A program made the translations under genes and the position numbers. 64,000 nucleotides of DNA from Opitutia bacterium (lineage in GTDB: Bacteria > Verrucomicrobiota > Verrucomicrobiia > Opitutales > T3Sed10-336): positions 26,919-90,918 of the forward strand of contig JBJHCF010000017.1 of NCBI GenBank assembly GCA_050506795.1, in the 5' to 3' direction. Shown piece by piece: positions 52,576 through 61,279 of the stretch (positions within the stretch are counted from its first letter, which is position 1; every line of letters starts with the position of its first letter). The notes under the pieces were generated by a model. The model saw nothing but the letters and a program-made list of their open reading frames with translations, ran no database searches and had not been told where the DNA came from.

Positions 52576-54816
52576 TTACTCCGGATGAAAGTTGACCAGT
52601 CCGACATCGATAAACTGTCCGCCAAGGGTGTCCCGGCAATGGACGGCGAGGGTGTTTTCTCCCCGCCGGAGAGCTTGCTGCGCTTCCCGGCTGATTTCCA
52701 CGATGGTGTAGTTGGCCAGGTAGCCTTCGAGTTCCGCGGCTTTCACTCCGTTGAGGTACACCACGGCATCCTCATCGTGATGAATCGACAATCTGACGGT
52801 TTCCGCGTCAAAGTCACCGAGTGAAAACGTTCGCCGCAGCCAGATCCGGTCGCCGTCCCAAACTGTGCCGACAATCGCCCCGGGGGTGACTTCCGTGCCG
52901 AATCCTCCGGTACCCGTCGGCCAATCGGAGTCATCGTAATCCTCCTCGTACCAATCCTCTTCCGGCGGTTCGAAGGTGTAGTGCCATTTGATCTCGTCAT
53001 GCTGGGCGTTGGGGACGAGAATTTCGACTCGGGGAAGCCGGTACAGCGTTCGGTTGATGGGAGCGATGATCTCCGGATTCATTTTGACGACCTTTCGATC
53101 GTAGGTCACCAGACCATTGACCTCCGTTTCCACATCCGTCGTCTGGGTGTACACCGCCGCCGCCAGACCTTCGCCGGCCAGGATCCAGAGTTCTTCTATG
53201 AGTTTGCGGTACTCCTCGGTGAGTTCGGCGGAATCCTGATAGGTTTCGTAACCCCAGATGTCCTCGTCCTGCCAGGTGTGTCCGCTGACGGCCAGCCCAA
53301 GCCCGCCGAATTCGCCCAGCACGATCGCGCGATCCTCCTCCAGGCGCGGGCGGGCCGGTCCGGGGTAGGCGTGAATGTCGTTGACGTCGCTCACCCCCCG
53401 GTCCGTCCAGTCGCTCACCGCATTCACCAACCGGGTCGGGTCGAGTTCGTAGGTCCATTCGGTCAGGCGCACGGTATCGAATTGTCCCCACCCTTCGTTG
53501 AAGATCACCCACATGACCACGCTCGGGTGGTTGTAAAGGGTTTGGATCATCCGCTCGTATTCGTATTCAAACTGCCGGGCGGATTGGGGAAGGCGATCCA
53601 GGTCGGGATCGCCGCCTTCCACCGTTTCGTCGCCGCTGGGCATATCCTGCCAGACGAGGACCCCGAGTTTGTCGGCCCAATAATATAAACGTTGGGGCTC
53701 AACCTTCACGTGTTTGCGCAGCATGTTGAAGCCAAACTCCTTCGTCAGTTCGACATCATAACGAAGGGCCTCGTCGGTGGGCGCGGTGTACAGTCCGTCC
53801 GGCCACCAACCCTGATCCAACAGTCCATGGTGGAACAACGGTTCGTTGTTGAGAAACAGGCGATTGATTTCCTGGTCGTCCTTGCGCAACTCCACCTTGC
53901 GCATGCCGAAATAACTTTCGACGCGGTCGACCGTTGTTTCGCCATTCATCAATTCAACCTCAAGGTCGTACAGGAACGGGTCGTCCGGCGACCAAAGCCT
54001 GGCGTTTGGAATCGGGATGGCAAAGGAGCGGTCCGCCGATTCGACGCGTCGCGAAAAGCCGTCCGCGGTGACCGTCGCCCGCACCGTCAACCCGGAGGTG
54101 TCGCCAAAGGTGTCAACTTCGAGGTTGACCTGCCCGGCGTCCACATCGGGAGTTGTTTTTATCTCGCGGAAGGCGCTCCCGGGCAGCGGTTCGATCCATA
54201 CCGTTTGCCAGATTCCGGTGACGGGAGTGTACCAGATCGTGCTGGGCTCGAGAACCTGCTTGCCCCTGGGTTGATACCCGGCGTCGGTCGGGTCCCAGAC
54301 CGAAAGCACGATCTCCTGAACACCCGAAGGGTGAAGCGCGGTGGTCACATCGAAACTGAACGGCGTATGGCCTCCCCGATGGACCCCGACATGCTGGCCG
54401 TTAACCCACACGTTCGTTTTCCAGTCGACGGCGCCGAAGTGCAAGAGCACGCGCTCCATGCTCCAGTCGCCGGGGAGCTCAAAGGTGCGCCGGTACCACA
54501 ATCTCTCTCCGGGCATGATCCATTTCCCGACCCCCGACAAAGCGGATTCGATCGGGAAGGGCACCAGGATTCGTCCGTCGAACGATTCCGGCCGCGATGC
54601 CGTTCTCGGGAGAACGGCGTAATCCCACAGCCCATTCAGATTCAGCCAGTCCGGCCGCACCATCATGGGGCGCGGGTATTCGGGAAGGGCGTTGTCCGGT
54701 GAGACCTCCTCGGCCCACGGGGTCATGATTCTTCCCTCGACCGGCGCCCATTCGGCGGTGCCAAATGCGGTTCCGGAAAAGGCCGCCAAAAGGATTAAGG
54801 AAAAGGATGCTCTCAT
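52576..54816 (-). CDS. Glycoside hydrolase family 2, secreted
   Basis: EYPRP, LHFGAVDW, TGIWQTVW, LDQGWWPDG, RKHVKVEP, WVIFNEGWG (acid/base), LGEFGG (nucleophile). Confidence 0.92.
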   Translation of the reverse strand: MRASFSLILLAAFSGTAFGTAEWAPVEGRIMTPWAEEVSPDNALPEYPRPMMVRPDWLNLNGLWDYAVLPRTASRPESFDGRILVPFPIESALSGVGKWIMPGERLWYRRTFELPGDWSMERVLLHFGAVDWKTNVWVNGQHVGVHRGGHTPFSFDVTTALHPSGVQEIVLSVWDPTDAGYQPRGKQVLEPSTIWYTPVTGIWQTVWIEPLPGSAFREIKTTPDVDAGQVNLEVDTFGDTSGLTVRATVTADGFSRRVESADRSFAIPIPNARLWSPDDPFLYDLEVELMNGETTVDRVESYFGMRKVELRKDDQEINRLFLNNEPLFHHGLLDQGWWPDGLYTAPTDEALRYDVELTKEFGFNMLRKHVKVEPQRLYYWADKLGVLVWQDMPSGDETVEGGDPDLDRLPQSARQFEYEYERMIQTLYNHPSVVMWVIFNEGWGQFDTVRLTEWTYELDPTRLVNAVSDWTDRGVSDVNDIHAYPGPARPRLEEDRAIVLGEFGGLGLAVSGHTWQDEDIWGYETYQDSAELTEEYRKLIEELWILAGEGLAAAVYTQTTDVETEVNGLVTYDRKVVKMNPEIIAPINRTLYRLPRVEILVPNAQHDEIKWHYTFEPPEEDWYEEDYDDSDWPTGTGGFGTEVTPGAIVGTVWDGDRIWLRRTFSLGDFDAETVRLSIHHDEDAVVYLNGVKAAELEGYLANYTIVEISREAQQALRRGENTLAVHCRDTLGGQFIDVGLVNFHPE

Positions 54817-55076
54817 TGCGGTTGTGTCTCCGGCCGTAAAAGATGATCGGCCTGTGCCAGGTGTACGGGCAAAGCGGACGCGATTGCCGTGGTGCGCCCA
54901 CCAGGTAATGCCTTGACGGTAGTTGTGGCCCTAATACGAGGTCAAGGTCCGGCGGCCTGACAGACCTTTTCGCGGGCGTTAAGAAGGTCCGCTTTCCTTT
55001 CCGATAATCAGGACTAAAAGGACGTCTCACGTTGGAGACATGCAAGAGATTGGGAGGCTTCTCCGGGGAAAATTCG

Positions 55077-55226
55077 AGTGAGGCGAAGCCTCAGGCCAGC
55101 AGTAGTGCACGCATCTTGCGTGCGAAAATCATGCTGGCATGCGACGAGCTCAGTCGAGGGCAAGCGTGATCTACTCCTTTTGCATAAGTTGACTCAACGA
55201 CAACAACTTTTCGTGTTTTAGGACTC
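55077..55226 (+). repeat. REP-doublet (REPIN-like) dispersed element, copy 1, with 24-nt insertion
   Basis: agtagtgcacgcatcttgcgtgcgaa (55101-55126) is identical to the reverse complement of 62501-62526; flanks also align. Confidence 0.8.
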
Positions 55227-55343
55227 CATTCGACAGGCAACGAATCACACCCGGGGGGCTCCGCGCTGCCTGGACGTTGTTGCAGGCCCTCCCGGTCGTC
55301 CCCGCACCGGCGCGTGAAGAAAAAGAAAAAACATCTTGCCATT

Positions 55344-55365
55344 CAAAACTACATGTGTAGTTTTG
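55344..55365. promoter_or_regulatory. BlaI/MecI/CopY-type operator
   Basis: Perfect inverted repeat caaaactaca-tg-tgtagttttg containing TACA-N2-TGTA, 20 nt before the BlaI-family ATG; overlaps candidate ttgcca/tagttt promoter. Confidence 0.9.
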
Positions 55366-55385
55366 GCTTGAAGCAGGAGAACACC

Positions 55386-55757
55386 ATGTCGAACCCCCCG
55401 GATATTTCAGAAGCGGAGTGGAAAGTGATGAAGGTTCTATGGGCCGGTTCACCGAGAACGGCTTCGGAGGTGGTCGCGGTTTTGTCGGAGACGGAACCGT
55501 GGCACCCGAACACGATAAAAACGCTTCTTCAGCGTTTGCAGAAGAAGGGGGCGGTCAGTGTGGAGAAGGAAAAGAATCTCCTGGTGTATGCACCGCTTGT
55601 ATCGGAGGAGGTCTGCGTACAGGCCGAAACAAAATCGTTTCTCGACCGCGTCTTCGACGGGTCGGTGAAACCGTTGCTGGTCCATTTCGCCGAGAAGGAG
55701 AAGTTGTCCCAGGCGGATCTGGAGGAACTGCGGAGAATTCTGGAAAAGAACAAATAA
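55386..55757 (+). CDS. BlaI/MecI/CopY family transcriptional repressor
   Basis: ISEAEWKVMKVLW, WHPNTIKTLLQRL..KG, FLDRVFDGS. Confidence 0.95.
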   Translation: MSNPPDISEAEWKVMKVLWAGSPRTASEVVAVLSETEPWHPNTIKTLLQRLQKKGAVSVEKEKNLLVYAPLVSEEVCVQAETKSFLDRVFDGSVKPLLVHFAEKEKLSQADLEELRRILEKNK

Positions 55758-55775
55758 CCCCAAACCCGATTACTC

Positions 55776-58700
55776 ATGGACTTTCAAGAGCTGCTTCTTT
55801 GGTTGTGGCGCGCCTCGTGGCAGGCGTCGGTGTTGGTGCTGCTTATCCTGGTCGTGCAATGGGTGTTCAAAACGCGTTTGGCGCCCAAGTGGCGCTATGC
55901 GCTATGGCTCCTGGTCGTGGTCAGGCTCGCGCTTCCGGTCACGCCGGAAGCGCCGTTCAGTATTTACAGTCTGACCAAGGTGGAGACGGTGGTGCCGGCC
56001 GCCGTTAGGATCGCGCCGGAGGCCGCCGCGCCGGCGGTTCCCGAATGGTTCGCGCGATCCGGGTTGGAATGGCGGGAGCGGAATCACGTTTTTGGTGGCG
56101 AGATGCCGGATGATGCGCTCGCCGCCACTGGGACAACGGAAACGGAAATGAGCGCTCTCGCGTCGGGCTACGCACCATCCGGCGGGGTCGCCCCCGGCTC
56201 TGCCGGCGGGTGGGGAATGGTTCATGTTTTAGGTGTTATCTGGGTGGCGGGGGTTCTGTTTTTCTTCGGGCGGCTGATCCTGGGGAATGTGTGGTTTGCC
56301 CGTCGGTTGCGCGGCCGGTCTCCGTTGGCGGACCGGCGCGTCTCGCGGATCTTCGAGCGTTGCGTGGAGGAGATGGGTGTGGGCAAGGGTTTAGCCATTG
56401 TCGAAACCCCGGACGTCCAGGGGCCGGCGCTGTTCGGCGTGTTCCGCATGAGACTGCTTTTGCCGCCGGGTATGGTTGACGGTTTGTCCGACGAGGAACT
56501 GCGTTACGTGTTTCTGCATGAACTGGCGCATATTCGTCGCCGCGACGTCGCCGTCAACTGGCTGGTGGCGATTTTGCAGGCGCTTCACTGGTTCAATCCG
56601 GTGCTTTGGCTGGGCTTTCGGCGGATGCGAATCGACCGCGAACTCGCCTGCGATGCGCTGGCATTGTCCTGTGTCCGAAACGTTGAAGACTCCGGATACG
56701 GGCGGACTATTTTGAAGGTGCTGCAAGGTTTCAGCCGGCCGGCGGCGGCGTCGGGGCTGGTGGGAATCCTGGAGGGACGGAGCGGAATCCGGATGCGGAT
56801 ACAGTTGATCGCGCGGTTTCGGAGGTCGCGAGGATGGCCGGTGCTGGCGGTATCGCTCTTCGCACTCCTGGCGGTTGTCGCCCTCACTGATCGGCCAACG
56901 GGAAGCGTTGAGGCGGCGACGCCCGCGTCGGTTTCCGGCGAGGAGGAAGCGTTTTTGCATTTGCGGGTGGTCAATGCGACGACCGGTCAGCCGCTGCCGG
57001 GGACGACGATCGAGGTCAATTACTGCGACGACCGCGGCTGTTACCGTCTCGGTTCCTTCGAGACCTCCAGTGAGGGTGAGGTGGACATCGCGTATCCCTC
57101 CGCCAATCTGACTTCACTGACGGTGTATGCGGTTCATCCCGATTTCGCGCCAACCAGCGTGAACTGGTCGCCGCCGGCCGAAGCGGTACCGGAAGAACAT
57201 CTGATGCAACTGACCGGCGGTGCGGTCGCCGGCGGAGTGATCCAGGATGAAACGAACCGTCCGGTCGAAGGTGCGCAGGTGGATCTGGTTCTTTATGACG
57301 AAAGAAGAGAATCTACGCTGATACGCCCGGGAACGATGGTGCTGACAACCGATGCCGAAGGCAGGTGGAGGGCCGCGGGAATCCCCGAGCCGTATGAGAA
57401 CCTGGAAATCACCGTGACCCATCCGGACTTTCCCCCGCAACGCTTTCTCACCGTTCAAAATGAGAATCGGTGGGTCGATCCGGTTCGTTTGGAAACGGCG
57501 GAGTTGATGGACGGAAGCGCTGTGATGGAGCTGAAGCGGGGGTATCGAATCGAAGGAAGGGTTGTTGATTCCGCGGGAGATTCGGTCGGTGATGTGACGG
57601 TCTTTCTCGCTGGCGGTATTCGTCATGCCGACCGGCAATCAATCGTGACTGAAGCGGACGGACGGTTTGCCTTCCGTTGGCTCGGGTACCGGGAGACGTT
57701 GCTTTTTGCGCTTCCGGAGGGATACAGCCCGGCTGTTCTGGATATTCCCGCGGCGCATGAGGCGGTTGATTTGGAGCTTCAGCTTCCTCCGGGGCGGGAA
57801 GTGACGGTGACCGTCGTTGACGTTGATGGCGACCCCATTCCGGAGGCGTCGGTTATTCCAACAGACTGGAATGGACTCGATCTCTTTGATTGGCGAGGCA
57901 GGACCGATGAAGCCGGCCGGTCTACCTGGTTATCCGCTCCGGAGGACGCGGTTCGATTTTCGATAGCAAAGGCCGGCTATGTGAGGGTTCGGGATCGCGA
58001 ACTGACGCCGGGCGAGGAGAACATCGTTGTCCTGGAAGAGGCGACCCGGATCGTCGGGCAGGTGACGGACGCGGAAACCGGGGAGCCAATTGAGGTATTC
58101 GGGATCCAGACGGGACAGTACACCGGCGAAACGGCGGTGCACTGGAATAGGCGCCGCCCGGTCAACTACGAAGGGGGTCGTTATGAACTCACACCATCAG
58201 AACCGGTCGGCACCGTAACGGCTTTGCGAGTGGAGGCCGAGGGTTACGTTCCGGCCGTCACGCAACTGTTTCAGTTAACTCGAGGGGAACAGGTTATGGA
58301 TTTATCTCTCGAAAAAAGCGTTCCGATCAGCGGCCGGGTGCTTTCACCGGAGGGAGCACCTCTCGCCGAGGTCGAGGTGGCGTTGCTGACCCCGAACAGC
58401 AACGCGCTGCTCGGTCCGGGCCGATTTACCCGGCGGATCACGGATAGGGTGGGAGCGGGCGATTTTGTGGAGACCGACGTACAGGGGCGTTTTTCCCTCA
58501 GCCCGGACCCGGCCGCGCGGATGATTCTCTTTGTTCATGAACAAGGTTACGCGGAGTTTTCACCCGAAGAGTTTCACATGCTCGACGAGGTGAGATTGCA
58601 GCAATGGGGACGGATCGAAGGCGAGGCGATCATCGGAGGGAATCCGGTTGGAAGCGTTGCCGTTGGATCCCTATCCGCGTACATGCACCGCATTATCCAG

Positions 58701-59294
58701 TACGACCACAGTGCGTTTCGGGCTTCGGTCGGCGAGGACGGACGGTTTACGATCGATCCGGTGCCGCCCGGTTGGCAGTCGGTTCACGCCTGGGTCGACA
58801 GGGAGGCCGGCGGCTATTCCATCGTTCGCAATGACTATGTCGAAGTCGAGCCGGGTGGGGTGACGCGGGTCCGGTTTGGTGGAAGCGGTCATGCCGTTGT
58901 CGGTCAACTCGCGATCGACGATCCAGACGTCGAGTACGACTGGGAGGGCGCCCCTGTCAGCCTGGGGACGGAACGCCCGCGTTGGCCGGACGATGCGGAT
59001 CGATCGGACGTAAACTCTTACGGGAACTGGGCTAAATTGCCGGAAGTCCGTCGCGCGATTGAGGAAGCGCGACGGTTTCGCGTATTCGTGGCGGCGGATG
59101 GGACCTTCCGGGTGGATGACGTTCCGCCGGGGCGGTATGAATTCACAGTCAGCATCCGGGTGCCGGTTGAGCCGCCGTCGGCTGACGGGCCGATGTACGG
59201 GTCGTTGACCCGGGAAGTCATTATCCCGGAGGTTGCCGGTGACGAGCCGGTCGACCTCGGCGAAATGACGGTGGTGATGAACGAACGCCAATAG
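55776..59294 (+). CDS. M56 (BlaR1-like) membrane metalloprotease with extracytoplasmic carboxypeptidase-regulatory-like beta-sandwich repeats
   Basis: RYALWLLV, VFLHELAHIRRRD, HWFNP, RELACD; repeated G.V.D..G.P...A.V / TDA.GRF units; no penicillin-binding domain seen. Confidence 0.9.
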   Translation: MDFQELLLWLWRASWQASVLVLLILVVQWVFKTRLAPKWRYALWLLVVVRLALPVTPEAPFSIYSLTKVETVVPAAVRIAPEAAAPAVPEWFARSGLEWRERNHVFGGEMPDDALAATGTTETEMSALASGYAPSGGVAPGSAGGWGMVHVLGVIWVAGVLFFFGRLILGNVWFARRLRGRSPLADRRVSRIFERCVEEMGVGKGLAIVETPDVQGPALFGVFRMRLLLPPGMVDGLSDEELRYVFLHELAHIRRRDVAVNWLVAILQALHWFNPVLWLGFRRMRIDRELACDALALSCVRNVEDSGYGRTILKVLQGFSRPAAASGLVGILEGRSGIRMRIQLIARFRRSRGWPVLAVSLFALLAVVALTDRPTGSVEAATPASVSGEEEAFLHLRVVNATTGQPLPGTTIEVNYCDDRGCYRLGSFETSSEGEVDIAYPSANLTSLTVYAVHPDFAPTSVNWSPPAEAVPEEHLMQLTGGAVAGGVIQDETNRPVEGAQVDLVLYDERRESTLIRPGTMVLTTDAEGRWRAAGIPEPYENLEITVTHPDFPPQRFLTVQNENRWVDPVRLETAELMDGSAVMELKRGYRIEGRVVDSAGDSVGDVTVFLAGGIRHADRQSIVTEADGRFAFRWLGYRETLLFALPEGYSPAVLDIPAAHEAVDLELQLPPGREVTVTVVDVDGDPIPEASVIPTDWNGLDLFDWRGRTDEAGRSTWLSAPEDAVRFSIAKAGYVRVRDRELTPGEENIVVLEEATRIVGQVTDAETGEPIEVFGIQTGQYTGETAVHWNRRRPVNYEGGRYELTPSEPVGTVTALRVEAEGYVPAVTQLFQLTRGEQVMDLSLEKSVPISGRVLSPEGAPLAEVEVALLTPNSNALLGPGRFTRRITDRVGAGDFVETDVQGRFSLSPDPAARMILFVHEQGYAEFSPEEFHMLDEVRLQQWGRIEGEAIIGGNPVGSVAVGSLSAYMHRIIQYDHSAFRASVGEDGRFTIDPVPPGWQSVHAWVDREAGGYSIVRNDYVEVEPGGVTRVRFGGSGHAVVGQLAIDDPDVEYDWEGAPVSLGTERPRWPDDADRSDVNSYGNWAKLPEVRRAIEEARRFRVFVAADGTFRVDDVPPGRYEFTVSIRVPVEPPSADGPMYGSLTREVIIPEVAGDEPVDLGEMTVVMNERQ

Positions 59295-59423
59295 AGAGCC
59301 GCACCTGGCACGACGTAAAGCGCATGTTCCTGCCGTTTCGATTTTCTGGATTTTCGCTATTTGAGGTGAGCTCCGAATTAGTGATTTCCGGGAACTGGCA
59401 CCCCGAAAATGTCCGGCTTATGT

Positions 59424-59476
59424 CTGAAGCACGGACCTACGGGAAAGGGCCATTATCGAGTAGTGTCGTGCTTCAG
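59424..59476. other. Long intergenic hairpin
   Basis: ctgaagcacg/cgtgcttcag perfect 10-bp arms extended by ac-ctac/gtag-gt. Confidence 0.5.
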
Positions 59477-59847
59477 CCGGCCCATGGAACCCACAGCAAA
59501 CAGCGAGGCGCCGATTTTCATAAGTGAGTCCTGAAGCAGTGAAGCAGTCGACAGTCGGGGATTGTGCTTGACTTTGCCTGCGAAGCGGCATATGGGTAAT
59601 AGCGAAGTGAATGCAAACCTCATTTTCTTGAAAAGATTGCGAAGAGGTGGCGCCCCTCCACACGCTTGCCTTGTTTGATTCCGGTGGTCGCGAGTGATTC
59701 GGCATTTATCGCCGTTATGGCATGCCGCGGATCACTAAAAGCGATTACCGGATCTGTTGCGGCCAGGCCGGGAATATCGCGGCCGGGTGTCAAACAGTCA
59801 TCGGCAATATTATCGAACCGATAAGCATTTCTCGAAATGAGATTTTT

Positions 59848-59909
59848 CCGAACCATGTTCGACCGGGACCCGCCCAAAAAGGCGGGATCTACGGAAGGGC
59901 AGGGTTCGG
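59848..59909 (+). promoter_or_regulatory. Long irregular stem-loop in the hpf 5' leader
   Basis: ccgaacc/ggttcgg, tgttc/gggca, ccg/cgg, gga/tct, cccgcc/ggcggg, loop caaaaa. Confidence 0.55.
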
Positions 59910-59946
59910 TGCGAACAAACCAAAACCAGATGGAGAACAGGATACA

Positions 59947-60360
59947 ATGAATACGACGGGACACGATCTCATTATGACTGGCCACCGATTGGATTTGACC
60001 GAGGCGTTGAAAGCCTTCATCAGCGAGAAGACCAGCCGACTGGTCCGGCACGACGGACGTATCATTCGGATTCGGGTCGAACTCGGAATGGAGCTCAATC
60101 GCGAATCTCAGCGATTGTTTACGGCGCGTGGGATAATCGAGATTGATGGACCGGTTATGGTCGTTTCCGAAAAATCCGAAAACGCTTACACCGCGATCGA
60201 AAATATGGTGCGGAAACTCGATCGAAGGCTTCGCCAGCGCCATCGCCGGCGACGCTACAAACGGGTCCATCCCCACGCCATCGATCTGCCATCGGATCTT
60301 CCGAAAACCGCTGCCAGGCGGCGATCCGGCGATTCTCGCGAACCGTTGCTGGTCGCGTAG
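59947..60360 (+). CDS. hpf: Ribosome hibernation factor HPF/RaiA (S30AE)
   Basis: MTGHRLDLTEALKAFISEK..RL, SENAYTAIENMVRKLDRRLR; ATG 59947 preferred over 59722. Confidence 0.9.
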   Translation: MNTTGHDLIMTGHRLDLTEALKAFISEKTSRLVRHDGRIIRIRVELGMELNRESQRLFTARGIIEIDGPVMVVSEKSENAYTAIENMVRKLDRRLRQRHRRRRYKRVHPHAIDLPSDLPKTAARRRSGDSREPLLVA

Positions 60361-60500
60361 TTCGCTGATACGATCCGCTGTCAGCATGCCGCGAACCGGC
60401 GCCGCGGGTGAGTTGAAATCGAGGAGCGGCCTGGAGATGAGCCTCTCCGCAAGGTGTTCTCCTGGTAGATAATTGAACCACCAGACAATGAGGTAGACAC

Positions 60501-60965
60501 ATGAAAATCTGTTATATTTCGTTTGGCGATCATTTTCGCCGCTCACTCGCCAGCAGGACCCAAGGTTTGAAGACCATATTTATTACTTCCGAAGATTACC
60601 TTCAGATTAAGGCGATTATCGCGATGTTGCCGAAAGCCCGCGTCGAGCTGGCTGAGCTCCAGCGCGAACTCGAACGGGCCGTTGTGGTAAAAGCCTGGGA
60701 GATCCCGCCACGAGTGGTGACCATCAACTCCCGGGTCCGCCTGTTGGACCTTGATAATTCGAAAACCGAGGAATGGGTCCTTTCGATGCCCGAACAAGCC
60801 GATCCTGACCAGCGGCGACTTTCAGTTCTCGCGCCGGTTGGTACGGCTATTCTTGGGTTCTCTGAAGGTGATGTGATTGAATGGGAAACACCCGGAGGAA
60901 CCCGGCGGCTTAAACTGGAAAAAGTGGAGGAGGGAGCAGAAAGCGAGTTGGGTGTCGCCGTGTGA
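60501..60965 (+). CDS. rnk: Rnk-like GreA/GreB family RNA polymerase-interacting factor
   Basis: IFITSEDY, ELERAVVV, VVTINSRV, LSVLAPVGTAILG..EGDVIEW; short N-terminus lacking the Gre coiled coil; alternative TTG start 60567. Confidence 0.85.
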   Translation: MKICYISFGDHFRRSLASRTQGLKTIFITSEDYLQIKAIIAMLPKARVELAELQRELERAVVVKAWEIPPRVVTINSRVRLLDLDNSKTEEWVLSMPEQADPDQRRLSVLAPVGTAILGFSEGDVIEWETPGGTRRLKLEKVEEGAESELGVAV

Positions 60966-61033
60966 GTTTGTATTGCCTCAGCGGGTTGCGGAAATCCAAA
61001 AAAAAGAAGTCGTACGTAAGGAGGTGTTTTTAA

Positions 61034-61210
61034 ATGCCGGAGTACATGTACAAATGCGAGTCCTGCGGTGAAGCGTTCAGTTTGTTTCTCTCTTTGCCGG
61101 AACGTGAGGAAAAGCTGCGACTAGGGGAACTGCAGTGCCCCAGGTGCAAGAGCACCGACGTGGAGCACATTATGGAGCCCTTCTTTGCGAAAACCGACCG
61201 AAAAAGCTGA
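61034..61210 (+). CDS. FmdB-family zinc-ribbon protein, 58 aa (absent from ORF track)
   Basis: Hand translation MPEYMYKCESCGEAFSLFLSLPEREEKLRLGELQCPRCKSTDVEHIMEPFFAKTDRKS*; aaggaggt RBS upstream. Confidence 0.9.
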   Translation: MPEYMYKCESCGEAFSLFLSLPEREEKLRLGELQCPRCKSTDVEHIMEPFFAKTDRKS

Positions 61211-61279
61211 ATTTCGGTGAACTTGCCAAGGCAGGACTTCGCTGCTTCGATCAACCGCCTTAACTGAGTAGAATTCGGG

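Noticed and set aside
59305..59415. tggcac hexamers as sigma-54 promoters for hpf
   Set aside because: No TTGC at the -12 position after either hexamer.
59607..59678. Short GTG-start ORF (VNANLIFLKRLRRGGAPPHACLV) as leader peptide, and a c-di-GMP-I riboswitch-like gcaaacc
   Set aside because: No RBS or telling codon run, and the second riboswitch stem and GNRA/receptor were not found.
59722..59946. 75-aa N-terminal extension of HPF
   Set aside because: No resemblance to S30AE; it runs through the RNA hairpin, and a better ATG with a purine-rich RBS is at 59947.
61042..61052. gtacatgtac as a second BlaI operator
   Set aside because: It lacks the 2-nt spacer and lies within the zinc-ribbon coding sequence.
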